A stretch of 64,000 nucleotides of DNA from Utricularia gibba (taxonomy: Eukaryota > Plantae > Magnoliophyta): the NCBI GenBank assembly GCA_002189035.1, contig CM007992.1, positions 124,001 to 188,000 of the forward strand, read 5' to 3'. Under the pieces are notes generated by a model, which saw only the letters and a list, made by a program, of their open reading frames with translations, was not told the origin of the DNA and ran no database searches. This document shows positions 49,305 through 62,732 of this stretch, one piece after another; positions within the stretch are counted from its first letter, which is position 1, and each line of letters starts with the position of its first letter. Position numbers and translations under genes: made by a program.

Positions 49305-50319
49305 GACTTCCTTTTGTTGACCGAGGATAACAGTAGGTTTGGACTCTAATGTATATATGGACTTCCATCTTTTATATGTTTAGTCAATTGTCAGCTTCCT
49401 CGAAATGGATTCCTGGATGAAGGTGTCGCCCGCAGAATCATGAGAGCCGGTATGTACATACAACCACCCAAGTCTTGAAAAATCAAGAAAGGGAGCCATA
49501 AGCCAAACACTCTCTAGCAGTTTCTATACTACAACCCCAGGACTCCAAAAAACACATGGAGTCTGGAGACTACACCAGTTACTGGTAGTCCATTCCAAAA
49601 TTTCTAAAGAAGCCATAGGGTAGTGAGCGCAATCCATCAGATTTGACGTGTAATAATATTGTTCATGTATACAAGATTGAAGTGGGGATTCACTTAGGCC
49701 TGAGAGGAGAGAGGAGGGGGGCAGCCAGGATCTTCCGCGAGATTGGCTGCACACGCCTCTTGATTGAGGGCACGCGAAGGGCTGGCTGAAATTTTGTAAA
49801 GGTGGACAACACTAGTCTTAAACAATTAAACTGTGTTGTTTTTCTGTTGGTGTTTCTGAGGCTTGTGGTGGACAACATTCACTACTTGGACTGTTCCCGC
49901 TTCCCAGATTGAAAGAAGCAAGTTTCGTTTCACGTTTTCCCCCACAAAAAAACATGTCTAACAATCCTGGCTTCTGAGACTGCCTCAGAAAAAGCTCGTT
50001 CTTTTCTCCCTAGCTCACCCTCTGATATTTCGCCGAATGGCAGCACCAACCGCCTCTTTCTTCCAATAGATTCCCTTCTGTCTCTCTCCTCTCTCCTTTT
50101 ACCCTTTTCTTTCAAAATGGACTCAGCCTCAGCTGCCGTCGTTGCCATTCAATCGTTTTACTCCACGAGACACCAGTTTGCATGAACCACTGCTGCTGCT
50201 GGTAGTTGGACTTCTCTTTTCGATTTTCCCACTTCTTATCCTTTTTTCCTCTGCTACCTTGGATTATTCATTTCTTTAGTCTGTTCTCCAGGAGTGAAAA
50301 GAAGGAGATTTTTCAGAGA

Positions 50320-53300
50320 ATGGCTCCTGATAACAATAACTGGCTTTCTTTCTCACTTTCTTCTGTTGAACTCCTCAATACCGCTGCGGCTGCTGCTTCC
50401 CAGTCTCCCATTATGCACTCTTCGCCTTCTGATTCTCATCATTTTTACTCGTTTGCTGATAATTTCTACGCTGCTGGTAATTTCAAGATTTAATTTTTGT
50501 TTGGGTTTTGCTTGGGTGTCTTGTCATTATGTATCTGAATTCCTGTGTTATAACTCCCAACTCAGAACCCTTTAAGCATCTCCGTTTTTTTCTCGCCAGG
50601 GTGGTCGGACCCAAAACCGCAAGGGGTGTATCCTGAAACAGGTGATGATGCTGAACTGAAAGATCACGGTGGCGGCAGTGGCGAAAGCACCTCCATTTTC
50701 GCCGGTTACATGCAGCCGCCGCCGAAACTCGAGGACTTTTTCGCTGGCGGTGAATCGACGGGAGCCCAAGACTCTTCTTTAACCCACTTATACGATCCTG
50801 CGCACCACCGCCCTGCTTTCTTTGCCGCCGCCGCCGCCGACCATCATGAACTTAAAAACCTTACTGGGTTTCAAGCGTTCTCTGCCGCCTCCGGCGACGA
50901 CGCGGCGTTCGCCGCCCCCACCCAATCTCCAGTCGAACCGGGAAACGACATGGTTCCTTACTCGCGGTGCCAGGTTCCTCCAGAAACACCTTCTAATGGC
51001 TTGACTCTAGCAGTTAATAACAATAGAAACACTTCCTGTGCCGAAAATAACGACGGAGCCGCCATTGTTTCCGGCGATTCCGATGGCTTCAAGAAGATGG
51101 CCGATACTTTTGGCCAAAGAACCTCCATTTACAGAGGAGTTACAAGGCAAAATTACCTTAACAAAACTGCACTTTCATGTAAGCCCATGGATTAGCTTAA
51201 TTAATCAATCATCGTTCTTTTTTACGACAGGCACAGATGGACGGGGCGATATGAAGCGCATCTATGGGATAACAGCTGTCGAAGAGAGGGGCAAGCCAGG
51301 AAAGGTCGCCAAGGTACAATCTTTCAAATGTTGTAATTACATCATAGATTTTCTGTACTACATTCCCTTTTGCTAAATTCCACTGTTCGGGTTCGTATAA
51401 TTTTTAATAAAATTTCGATTTTTGGCTCATCTGGAGGTTATGGCGTAGTGGGGTTTCTTCTAGTACCATTTGGGTATGTTTAATTTTTAATAAAGATTCG
51501 ATTTTTAGGTCCCTACAGAGGATTTGGGGTGATGGGTCTCTGTTCTTGCTAATATTTTTAAGTTGCACGCGTCGAAAAATATTAATGGATGTGGAAGGGG
51601 TTCAGGTGAATAGGGCTGAAGGGTAGGCTTTTCTTCAAGGCCGAGTAGAAAATAAGTAAAGATAGGGTTTGGTTTTTCTTTTGTTTCAGGCTTTTTGTGA
51701 CGATTGATTGACTGAAAATATATAAAATTTGTACAACACGAACTCGGCCTTTCCTTCTGTCAATCTTTCATTGATTTGATCATATGGGCCGCCATTTTTT
51801 CTTCATGGTTTCACACCTTCATGCGCGATCTCTGCCTTTATCATTACAGGCTGCAGATGATAAAACTTTATTGTAGTAAACAATAATTGAAGTTAGATAT
51901 GTAAGAATCTTTGTATGAATGAATGCTTTTGTCCATGCGTTGTTCACCCCTTGCTGTTTATAGTCGTCCTTTGTATTTTTTTATGCATATACTGTGTCTC
52001 CTTACAGAGTCTGCACATGCCTCTTTACATCAGCTACTCTGAGAACTAGCGCCTGAAATTCTGAGACTGATCAGTTCGCTTTAAACATTTGCTTTTATTT
52101 TTTGCCCATCTCCCAGCGACTTCTTGTTTGACCAAACCACTCACTTGTTTTCAGTTTTGTTTTCGCGTTTCTTTATATCTTCCTTTGGTTTGGTTTGGTT
52201 TGGTTACGTGCATTCAAATTCAACAAGGGGAAATGGAATAACTTCAGAGAACATAATCTCAAGTCTGCATCTTCTTTTGTTTTTTCGTTACTGTTTGGCG
52301 TTTAGTGAATTGGGTTCATTTGTGTTTTCTGACAATTCGCTGCCATTTTTGTGCATGAACGAAAACGAAATCTCTGGTGCGCATTCCTGGCAACAAAAAC
52401 TGCAGTTTACTTGGGTAAATCCTCATCTTTGTCGTTATTATACTTGTTTGCCGCTTAGCAGAAGCAGGTTAACACATGCTGTGATGATGCAGGTGGTTAT
52501 GACAAAGAAGAGAAGGCCGCTAGAGCATATGATTTGGCTGCTCTCAAATACTGGGGTCCGACTGCAAGCACAAATTTCCCGGTAACCCGGTTGCACTTCC
52601 GAGCTCCCATCAAATTAAACCCTGATTAATATGGTTTAGAGGTTGATGATGATGACTCTTTGCCCCAGATGTCAAGCTATAGCCGAGAGCTCGAGGAGAT
52701 GAAGCATGTTACTAGACAAGAATTCATTGCATCCCTTAGAAGGTTGGCTTACACTTGCATTTTGGGTCATCGGTATGGGACTGTTTGATCAGATTGTTTT
52801 CTGCAACTTTTCAGGAAAAGCAGTGGTTTCTCACGGGGGGCATCTATCTATCGAGGAGTTACAAGGTGGTCTACTCTCCGGCATGTTTGATGAGATTGTT
52901 CTGCAACCTTGTTCTGAGCCTTTGTATGGTTTCTCCCTCATCACGCAGGCATCACCAGCAAGGTCGATGGCAGGCGAGGATCGGCCGGGTGGCCGGGAAC
53001 AAGGACCTGTACCTGGGAACATTTGGTAAGCCAAAAACCCATCATTGAACTCGGGGCATGTCTCGGTGTGCTGAGGTTGTGTCTTTCACGAATGCAGCCA
53101 CGGAGGAAGAAGCAGCAGAAGCATACGACATCGCTGCGATCAAGTTCAGAGGGGTGAATGCTGTCACCAACTTTGAGATGAGTCGGTACGATGTGGAGGC
53201 TATTACCAAGAGCCCTCTGCCAATCGGGGAAACAGCCAAGAGGCTGAGGCTCTCCCTCGAGTCCGAAGGGAAGCTACCCCTGCAACAAGGATGCAGCAGA

Positions 53301-53512
53301 AGCAGCAGCAACATAAGCTTCTCAGCGCTTCAGCCTTCCTCAACCATCCCATGCGCAGTGCCTCTCATAGCAACGGCCCCGTTCTTACACCAAAACCTCA
53401 TCCAACAACTCCACCCGGAAACTATGGTGCAGAGGATCCAACCATGGTTACGCCGGTGAGCATGATGCCTTCTCCCCCTGAATTCTACATCTGGCCTCAC
53501 CAGTCCCAATAA
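50320..53512 (+). CDS. AIL6/7-like: AP2-like euANT transcription factor, AIL6/AIL7 (PLT3/PLT7)-like, about 500 aa, 9 exons (apparent frameshift at 53414-53418)
   Basis: Exons 50320-50476, 50600-51146, 51231-51313, 52406-52414, 52493-52581, 52669-52742, 52815-52865, 52949-53025, 53098-53512; [44 protein letters not shown], two AP2 domains, C-terminal EFYIWPHQS in the shifted frame. Confidence 0.92.
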
Positions 53513-53967
53513 TTCCCTGGGGTTCTCAAACTGATCTCCATTTGGACTAGGTATAGTTGCCATTTTGAGGCAAAGGGTAGGAGATCAAGGTTTTGCTAGT
53601 TCCTAGGTAGAAGCTGGGGGAAAAAAATGCTTTTGATAACTTTAGCTTCACCCTTCTGAATATACGGGGAGCTCAACGGAAAAAAGAAAGCAGTCATGGA
53701 GTGGTTTAATTTTCAAAAGGTTTTCCACTCCTCGTGCATATCTTGCTCCTGTAAATTCATCTGTTTTCCATTCAGCAGACTACAGAAAAAATACCCCATC
53801 TTTCCTAATTCCTGCTGCCAATTGCTATCTTACCAGACTAACTAGCTTGCGCATGAAATTCAGTATGCAACTGTCAGTTTAATGAGTACTTGACGTTCAA
53901 TCGCTGAGGAAACAAACCATAGCACAGCACGCAAGAGTTTCAGTGACCAATGTATCGCGACCGAAGT

Positions 53968-54609
53968 GCAAAACCCCGCACCAAGTCGACCAGCGACATC
54001 CCTCAGCTTGGAATAAACTTTCGCCACAAGGGAACCCAAATTGAGCTACAATGTGACTCTCTGGAAATCTTGATCCTAGGAAACGATCTAATCATATGAA
54101 GCTTAGCCTCAGCAATGACGATTCTTGTCCTAGTTGAGTTTTCGATGGCGAATTTGGTACGCCCCCGCCTTCCTGCTAAGTCGGCCAAATGCCCGCGACA
54201 AATCCCCCCTCAGAGTCTTCACATCCTTGGTTTCAAATAACTCCACGTAAAGCTCGTCCATTCTGAGCATCGCAACGTCGTCGATCACATCGAAACCCAT
54301 CATAAACGCGTGACAAAGTCGGCGCACTTCTGAGAGTTCTCACATCTGGAGAATCGGCTCGCGCCTTGAGCTCCACTCTGCGGGCTTTCAAGTTCATTCG
54401 GATGTATCTGCAGGAATGACTGAAACTCTGCGGAACTGGATTTCTCCGCGTGAGATTTCGTGTGCTTTCAGTGGCGTAAAGTTTAGCTTTTTGCGAAACG
54501 GAGCGCTCTGTTGCCGCAACGTAGCAGCCCCGGCGTCGACTTCCATACTTGAAGGATCAGCTTCCACGCCGATAGGCAGCGCGGCGGACGAATCTGCAAC
54601 TTTCTCCAA
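53968..54609 (-). pseudogene. PNO1: Degenerate PNO1/DIM2 (KH-domain 40S biogenesis factor)
   Basis: Fragments in alternating frames: FTPLKAHEIS.GEIQFRRVSV / IRMNLKARRVELK / QKCADF / HAFMMGFDV.D..AMLRMDELYVE.FETKDVKTLRG / TKFAIENSTRTRIVIA / LGS..AKVYSKLR; an internal deletion of roughly 20 codons at about 54404-54417, at least four further frameshifts, and TGC where the family stop is expected. Confidence 0.88.
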
Positions 54610-54664
54610 CTAAAAAAAATATTAGCTTCGATCGGAGTGGCAGAAACCCTTGAAAACTATAAAT

Positions 54665-54801
54665 TGGGCCGCGATGTCAATATAACACATGGGCTTCTAT
54701 TCATTGCAAGTTGGGCCCTACCACATTAAAGCCCACTCGAAAACGCCCACAAATTTAAAGTTACATTTAATTGATAAAAACTTGTTTGGAAATTAGGGTT
54801 T
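54665..54801 (-). promoter_or_regulatory. Site II x4 plus telo-box promoter module upstream of the PNO1 pseudogene
   Basis: TGGGCC 54665, TGGGCT 54690, TGGGCC 54712, AGCCCA 54730, AAACCCTA on minus strand at 54801-54794. Confidence 0.65.
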
Positions 54802-55977
54802 AAACTCCCAAACGTCCTCCGTAGCGACGATGGAACTTGAAATCTGCTACACAGTGTATAACAAACAACTCACCTATTGAATCAGCAGATACGAACCGGC
54901 GTATCCCATGAACCCCATGTGAAAATGAATCCTGTTGCTCAGATGGGTTTTCCATGAGAGTAATCTCTGTGTATATGGTTTCCAGAGACAGGCATGTCAC
55001 TACTCCCCTCCATATGCGTCATAAAGAAGAGTGATACGTCTATTCTTTGGCTGGTTGCATTGATTGGTCGGGGAGTTGCACAGTTCTCCTTGTCTCTCTT
55101 TTTGGAGGCTCCGACTCCGTCCGTTGGGATTAGGGTTTCCCTTCTACCTTTTCGCGTTCTGCGATTAACTGAGTGGTGAGAAAAGGGGAGGGACCAATCC
55201 CAGTACTTGGTTGCTGCTAACCCCACTTCGCTAATTACGATTTACTTAACTCCCTGGCTGCTGTATTTACTTTCACGCTTCTGGAGAAAGATGAGGGAAC
55301 AGGGAACTTGGGACCGTTCTTCCGATGCTATGCCACTGCTACTGCCAGAGAAGCAGCTGAGCAAAGTCTGAAAGTTGGTTCTGCTACTGCTAGCAAGGAG
55401 TAGGAGCCAGTGGGTAATGAAAAATTTACCTGGTAACTAACTGCATAGGTTATAAATCTTGCTGTGTGTAGATAGGATCGTCTGTTATTATACAACTACG
55501 AAATGTAGGGGACGAACTTGAAGCGAATCCAGAGCGGGTCTCGATGAAAAACCTGATGCATGGCGGATCAAATATATCATTAGGTTAGACACCAAACGGA
55601 TGAAGTGAGAGTTGATACTTGTAGAGTAAAGCAAAACGAATCGAAATGGGAAAGTCTTTGTTTGCATGATTCCGTAGTTGTTTCTCATTCAAACCATATA
55701 CTATTCGTATGTTGATTCCAACGTGAAACCCTAATTGGAATACTATTATTATTTGCATGAACCACATCTGCAGCTGTGCGTGATGACCATTTGTACTCAT
55801 ACTTGTGTTCCCATATACGTAGCATGAAGATCGAATCTTGATCTCAGAACCCTAGTGATCCCACACAAAAAGGATAATGCTTTAGAACATCATCATAGTC
55901 CATGCAAATGCAGAATCCCAACATACAACAAGTATTCATTCAAGAACATTCTAGAGTATTCTGTGCAACCCTGTTAA

Positions 55978-56864
55978 TCAAATCCCAGAAATCAGCCCAA
56001 ATGGACCTTCATTGGTGCTCCAATGTGTTGTTTCATTTGGATTTAGGGTGTTTGTTGCGAGGTTTGGAGCCACCTGTGCAGCATAGGGGTGCTCCAAGAA
56101 CCATTCTGTTGAGGGATTTGCAGTGGTGTCGTCTCTCCTAGTCGACCCTGTGACGTCATGCTTCATGTTGGAGATTTCCAGGTTGTGGAAGAAAATGGGT
56201 TGCATTTTTTGAATGCCTGTCGCTGGTTCGATTGAGGGTAGAGGGAGGCTCGGGTTCTCCTTGCCGTAATCCCCTGAAACGAGCATAGCCAATCTCTGCT
56301 GCTGTAGCTTCCACTGCAGTTCAGACTCAAGGTTTCTGTTGTAGGGCCCTGGTTCTTGGAATCCAGCAGAATTCGTCCTTTCCAATGGCTTGAAAGCTGA
56401 ACAAGAAAAGGGAAAAGCAAGTCCCATGGAAGACGATGATGTTCCTTCAGAATTTGGATCAAAACTCAAGCATGGATTTGGTGAGGGAAAGGGACAACAG
56501 AGCCCTGGGTTTGCAGGTCCGAGTCTTGGGAAATTAAGCTGCATATCCATGGCACCCGGAGGGATCACCTGGAAGCATCTCAAGCCTCCCATGTCGGTCG
56601 TCGCTATTTTCGAATCCAACACAAGCCTGGAAGAGCCCTTCACCTTCTTACTCTTCTGGCAACCACCCCTATCGGAACGTTACGCAAGGCGCCGCCTTTC
56701 GTCCAGTACCTTCTACATGTCTTGCAGAAATGCCGCGGCTGCGAGAGACTGTAGTTGTTGTAGTAGCAGAACTTGGTGTTCGGCGAATCGCATCGTGGAC
56801 ATCGAAGCGCCGGCTCTTGACCCCTGTCCGCTCGCTTCTTCCTCTGGTTCTTGCTATCACTCAT
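55978..56864 (-). CDS. DOF: Dof zinc-finger transcription factor, DOF5.7/SCAP1- or DOF4.7-like, about 295 aa (apparent frameshift at 56666-56669)
   Basis: [45 protein letters not shown]; adding one G restores GGCQKSKK and joins the 55978-56643 ORF with [13 protein letters not shown]; probable 72-nt leader intron 56944-56873. Confidence 0.9.
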
Positions 56865-57898
56865 TTGATATCCTGAAGGAAGAATGATCCGGTCAGTTGG
56901 TTGGTAGTGGATTAGTTCGGCGCAACAGTGACGAATGAACTCACCCACTCTTTCTATCAGCTTGAGTTCAGAGAAAGATGGGAATAAAACAGGGAGAGGA
57001 GAAAAGATGATCTTGATCTATCTCATGAACAAGTACTTATACAACAGAAAACATATTGCATTCATTTAGTGATCAGAGAGAAGTAGATGGTGATGGAAAA
57101 TGATTACAGACAAGGGAGTAAAAGCAGCAGATGTAGTACACAAATAGCAAGTAGATGATGAGTTACGCCTAGACGAGAAGGAAGTAGAATCTGACTCGTA
57201 TCCACCCGACAAACCGCAGCGGGGACCTGACCATCCTCTGGACCTTTGTCCCCTTCCTTCTCTGTAACGTCCCTTTTCACCCCTTCCCACCTTTTCTTCC
57301 CTTCTCCATACACTTCAAACAATGCAGACTCTGCGCCCTGTGCATTTCTCCATTCCTGAACAGTTGGCTTTGTTTCTGCTTCATTACTAGAACTTCCATG
57401 TGTACAATCATGAACCTTAAAGCTACGGTATAGAGTGTACGTCGTGTGCAGTTGTTTGATCTTGTAGGGGCAGCAATATGGAGTTTAATAGGAGCAGCAC
57501 CCTCTCCCTGTTTACTGTTTCACTGGTCTGTGTTTCTTTCTTCCCTTTTCTCCCACTCCGTCGCTCCGTACGAGGGTGCTGCTGCTGCAACTCTTGTATG
57601 GGATCATTAACTCTACCTGGGCCACGCTACTCTGATTTGTATTATTACTCACAGTTTTGGGATCGTTGCTCTCACCATTGCATTGCACTGTCATAGCATA
57701 CCCACAAGCTCAAATTATATCCATACAGATTTATTACATTGCCTCCATTTCCTTTATTACAGTTTCAAAAAACATGCACACACAGGAGTAGGAACCTCAG
57801 TAGTGTTGGAATGTCTGCTGTAAAAGCATAGGAACATTTTTATTTGGAGGGGATAACACCAACACTAACGTCTGGATGGGGAAAAAACACTGCTAGAC

Positions 57899-59396
57899 TC
57901 AGACGTTCCTGAAGGAATTTGCGACGTCGATGACGAACCGGTATTTGACATCGTTCTTCTCGATGCGTTCCATGGCTGTGTTCACGTAGTCCATTGGGAT
58001 GACCTCCACTTCAGGCAATATGTTGTGCTTTGCTGAGAATTCGAGCATTTCATGGGTCTCCCTCAGTCCCCCGCTTGCAGTCCCAACTATTGACCTTCCA
58101 CCTGAGGTGAAAAAATGGAAGGAAACGTCACAGATCCTGCAGTCGAGATCTTGTAATTCCAGGAAAAAAGTGCTCCAGTTAGTGGAAGAAAACGAAATGC
58201 AAACACGTACCAAGGACCAAGGGAAAGATGGGGACCTCGAGCTTTTGAGGAAGGCCAACCAAGATAAGGTGCCCGTGAGGCTTAAGCAAATTCACCAGCG
58301 GCAAAAGTGAGTGTGCCCCAGAGACGGTATCTATGATACCATCCATCGTCCCGGCTGCAGCCTGTATCAAAGAGAAGAGCGAACAAGTAAATGGATAAGT
58401 CATTCTCTATGCTTTGTTGGTTTAAGCTGTACCTGCATCTGGTCTTCATCATTGCTGATCAAGAAGTCGTGAGCTCCAAAAGTTTCCAGGGCTTCCTTCT
58501 TCTTAGCAGGGGAGGTGCTGATTACAGTGATTCTGCTCCCCATGGCCTTGGCGAACTTTACAGTTAAGTGGCCAATCCCACCAAGACCAACAACACCAAC
58601 ATGAGCTCCAGGCTTATCCAGCCCAAAGCGTCGGAGAGGGCTGTAAGTGGTTATCCCGGCGCAAAGGAGAGGAGCGCCCTTGTCGAGGGGGAAGTTTTCC
58701 GGCCAACGAATAACAAAATCCTCATTGCAAACCATGAGGTTTGAGAAGCCTCCATATGTCACAGTTCCATCATAGAAACGGGCATTGATCGACAGAAGTT
58801 GTTTGGGACAGTAACTTTCTTCCCCTTTTCTACACTCGCCGCACTGGCGACATGATCCGACCAAGCATCCGACACCAACGTTGTCTCCTATCTTGAATTT
58901 TTCCACTTTGCTTCCCACTTCAGTCACCACCCCAACAATCTCATGCCTGGGTAACAATGAAACTAGCATGAGAAAAGACACTTTCCGGTTTATGTATTCG
59001 CCTTTTCATTCTGACAAATGCTTGCTTAAATGATCAGGAAATAAGTCAAAGAACCAGATTTCCAACAGGAAGAAATAACAAGCGAGCAGCATACCCTGGA
59101 ATCAAAGGATAAATTGTGTTACCCCAATCATTCTTTGCCAAGTGAAGATCTGAATGGCAAATCCCGCAATAAAGCACTTTGAACTGCACATCATGCTCCC
59201 CAGTTTCCCTGTTTCGTTACCCAGAAACCCAATTTCACTAACCACGAAGATTCTATGACAAGCCACTGTAAAAAACTTTACAAAGGTGGAAACATTGCCT
59301 TCGTGAGAATTTCAGCGGCGCAAACACTCCAGATGTGTCTTGCGCAGCCCAAGCCAGCGCCTTCACGGGGTACTGTGTCTCCAAAGGGGCAGCCAT
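57899..59396 (-). CDS. CAD-like: Class II cinnamyl alcohol dehydrogenase / mannitol dehydrogenase-like, 359 aa, 5 exons
   Basis: Exons 59396-59299, 59208-59095, 58946-58433, 58361-58211, 58101-57899 sum to 1080 nt; [15 protein letters not shown], structural-zinc [50 protein letters not shown]. Confidence 0.95.
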
Positions 59397-59788
59397 TTCC
59401 AAACCCACGATATACACTGCAAGACGAGAAAGTTGCCTCTCCTTGAAATAGGCTAAGTTGTCTGCATCGCAAACACGTTATCAGCGTCACAAACACTCCT
59501 CACTCCACGTGCTAGAAAAGGAAACCCTTTCACGATTAACTTAGAGCATGGATGCAGCCAAGTCTCATCTCATGCGTCACTCATGACGTTAGCCTTATCT
59601 GCAAAAAGTCAGTGCGGTTGGATAACACTTGGCGAATCCAGACATTCATTAGCTCCAGCTTTTGAATAGAAGACGACATTATTGTACCAAACAAAACCAA
59701 AATATATTCATATACAGGTTCACTGAATTGGTAAACGCGAGCTGGGAATCCACAGCTTCGAATGTTGGTCAATCATGTACAAGATGAA

Positions 59789-61130
<1,342 letters not shown>

Positions 61131-62732
61131 TCTGCTATGGGTATCTTCTATTCCGGCGTGACGAACTCACGTTCATCATCCTCATTTTATCTTTCAGTTC
61201 CTACCTAGGCCTTATTAGAGCCCATTATTAAACATCAAAAGCAGCCCAGCCCAGTGAATAATTGGCCTGCCACAGAAGCTCTCGCCACGTCATCACTCCG
61301 ACTGCTCTCTGCGTTGTCCTTTGACCCCAAGCCTATTGAGGGAGACTGGAATGGAGCTGGCGCTCATACAAACCACAGTAGGCATTTATCTGTATAGATC
61401 TTCGTATCCCAGAGTGTGATCCATCCGGGGTTTTCAGCATTAAATGGATGAGGGAATAGGGGAGGCGCGAAGTGATCGAGGCGGCGGTTGAGAAGCTTGG
61501 CCTAGGGACAACGAACACATCGCCGCATACGGCGAGGGCTATGAACACCGGCTCACCGGAAAAAAAACTGCACCTTCATGTCACCGGTAACTCCCTTCAA
61601 GACCACAATTAGGATCCCTCATGTCGGAAGACCGAAGGCCGGCTTCCATGATCCCCGAGACAACCATACTCAGCAAGCCCCGAACTTGATCCCTCCCTCG
61701 AACTGCCAGTGTTCAACAGATTGCTTCATTTTGGAATATTTCCTCTCCTCACCAGCTGTTTCCCCCACACCCAACACACACGCACATCTATCTAACACAC
61801 CCTGCTGCTCCTGGAGGTGAAAGCCAGCAGTTACAGCAGCAGCAGGGTGGGTGGGTGGGTGAAATCACCCCCATTCAACTAGAAGACCGGAAGAGTGTGA
61901 ATTGGATGGAGTGTTCCCATCGGTCCCAACCGCGCAGCGTTTAGTATTAGGTACGATACAGCTTTGCCTGAAAAGGAGGAGACGAGGCGGGGGCTCTCAT
62001 TCAAAGTTTTGCAGATCCTGCATCCGTGTAGCGTGAATAATGACAGGATAATGATTCCGTCGTCTCCTTTTCATTGCCCCAGGACTAGAAGTGTTTGTTT
62101 TGTTCTCTTCTCCCCCCACCCAACCATCCTCCCTGACAAAGATGCACAACTAATCTTCTTTATGCGATCGCATTAAACCAGCAAACTCTGATTGGAAATG
62201 GTCGGCACCCGACAGCCATGTCATACATCCCCTTTAAAGATGATCTTGAAATATGATAAAAAAAAAAGATTATTTAAAAATCGAAAAAGAAAAAGGATAA
62301 CACAAACCAAAAAACACATTTACGCACAAAAAAATCTTATAAATCGAAAATCGATCAATTTGCTCCATTAAAATTCGACCAATAACCTTTCAACCTATTT
62401 TTCACCATAACAATAAATAATTGAAATATATTATTAATTAAATATGAATTCAATTTGAAATAATGTAATATTATAAATAAATTTAAACGGCATCCCAAAT
62501 AATTGAACCAACATAAGTTGGCATTAAACCCTAGGTTGACCTGTCTTGGATTATTATTTTTAAAATAATAAATATAAATAATTGCAATATATTATTATTT
62601 ATTTATGTGTGTAATAAAAATATTTATTTATTTTGACAGAGGAGAACGATTTAAACAAAGATTTAAAAAATATATACTGTCAGTGACTACGGCGTTAGTT
62701 GTGGTGTGTGTATCGCGGCGGGAGCAAAAACG

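Noticed and set aside
61333-61548. 71-aa ORF with GDVFVVP (cupin-like) upstream of DHAR
   Set aside because: Only a 7-residue resemblance; no cupin metal-binding motifs.
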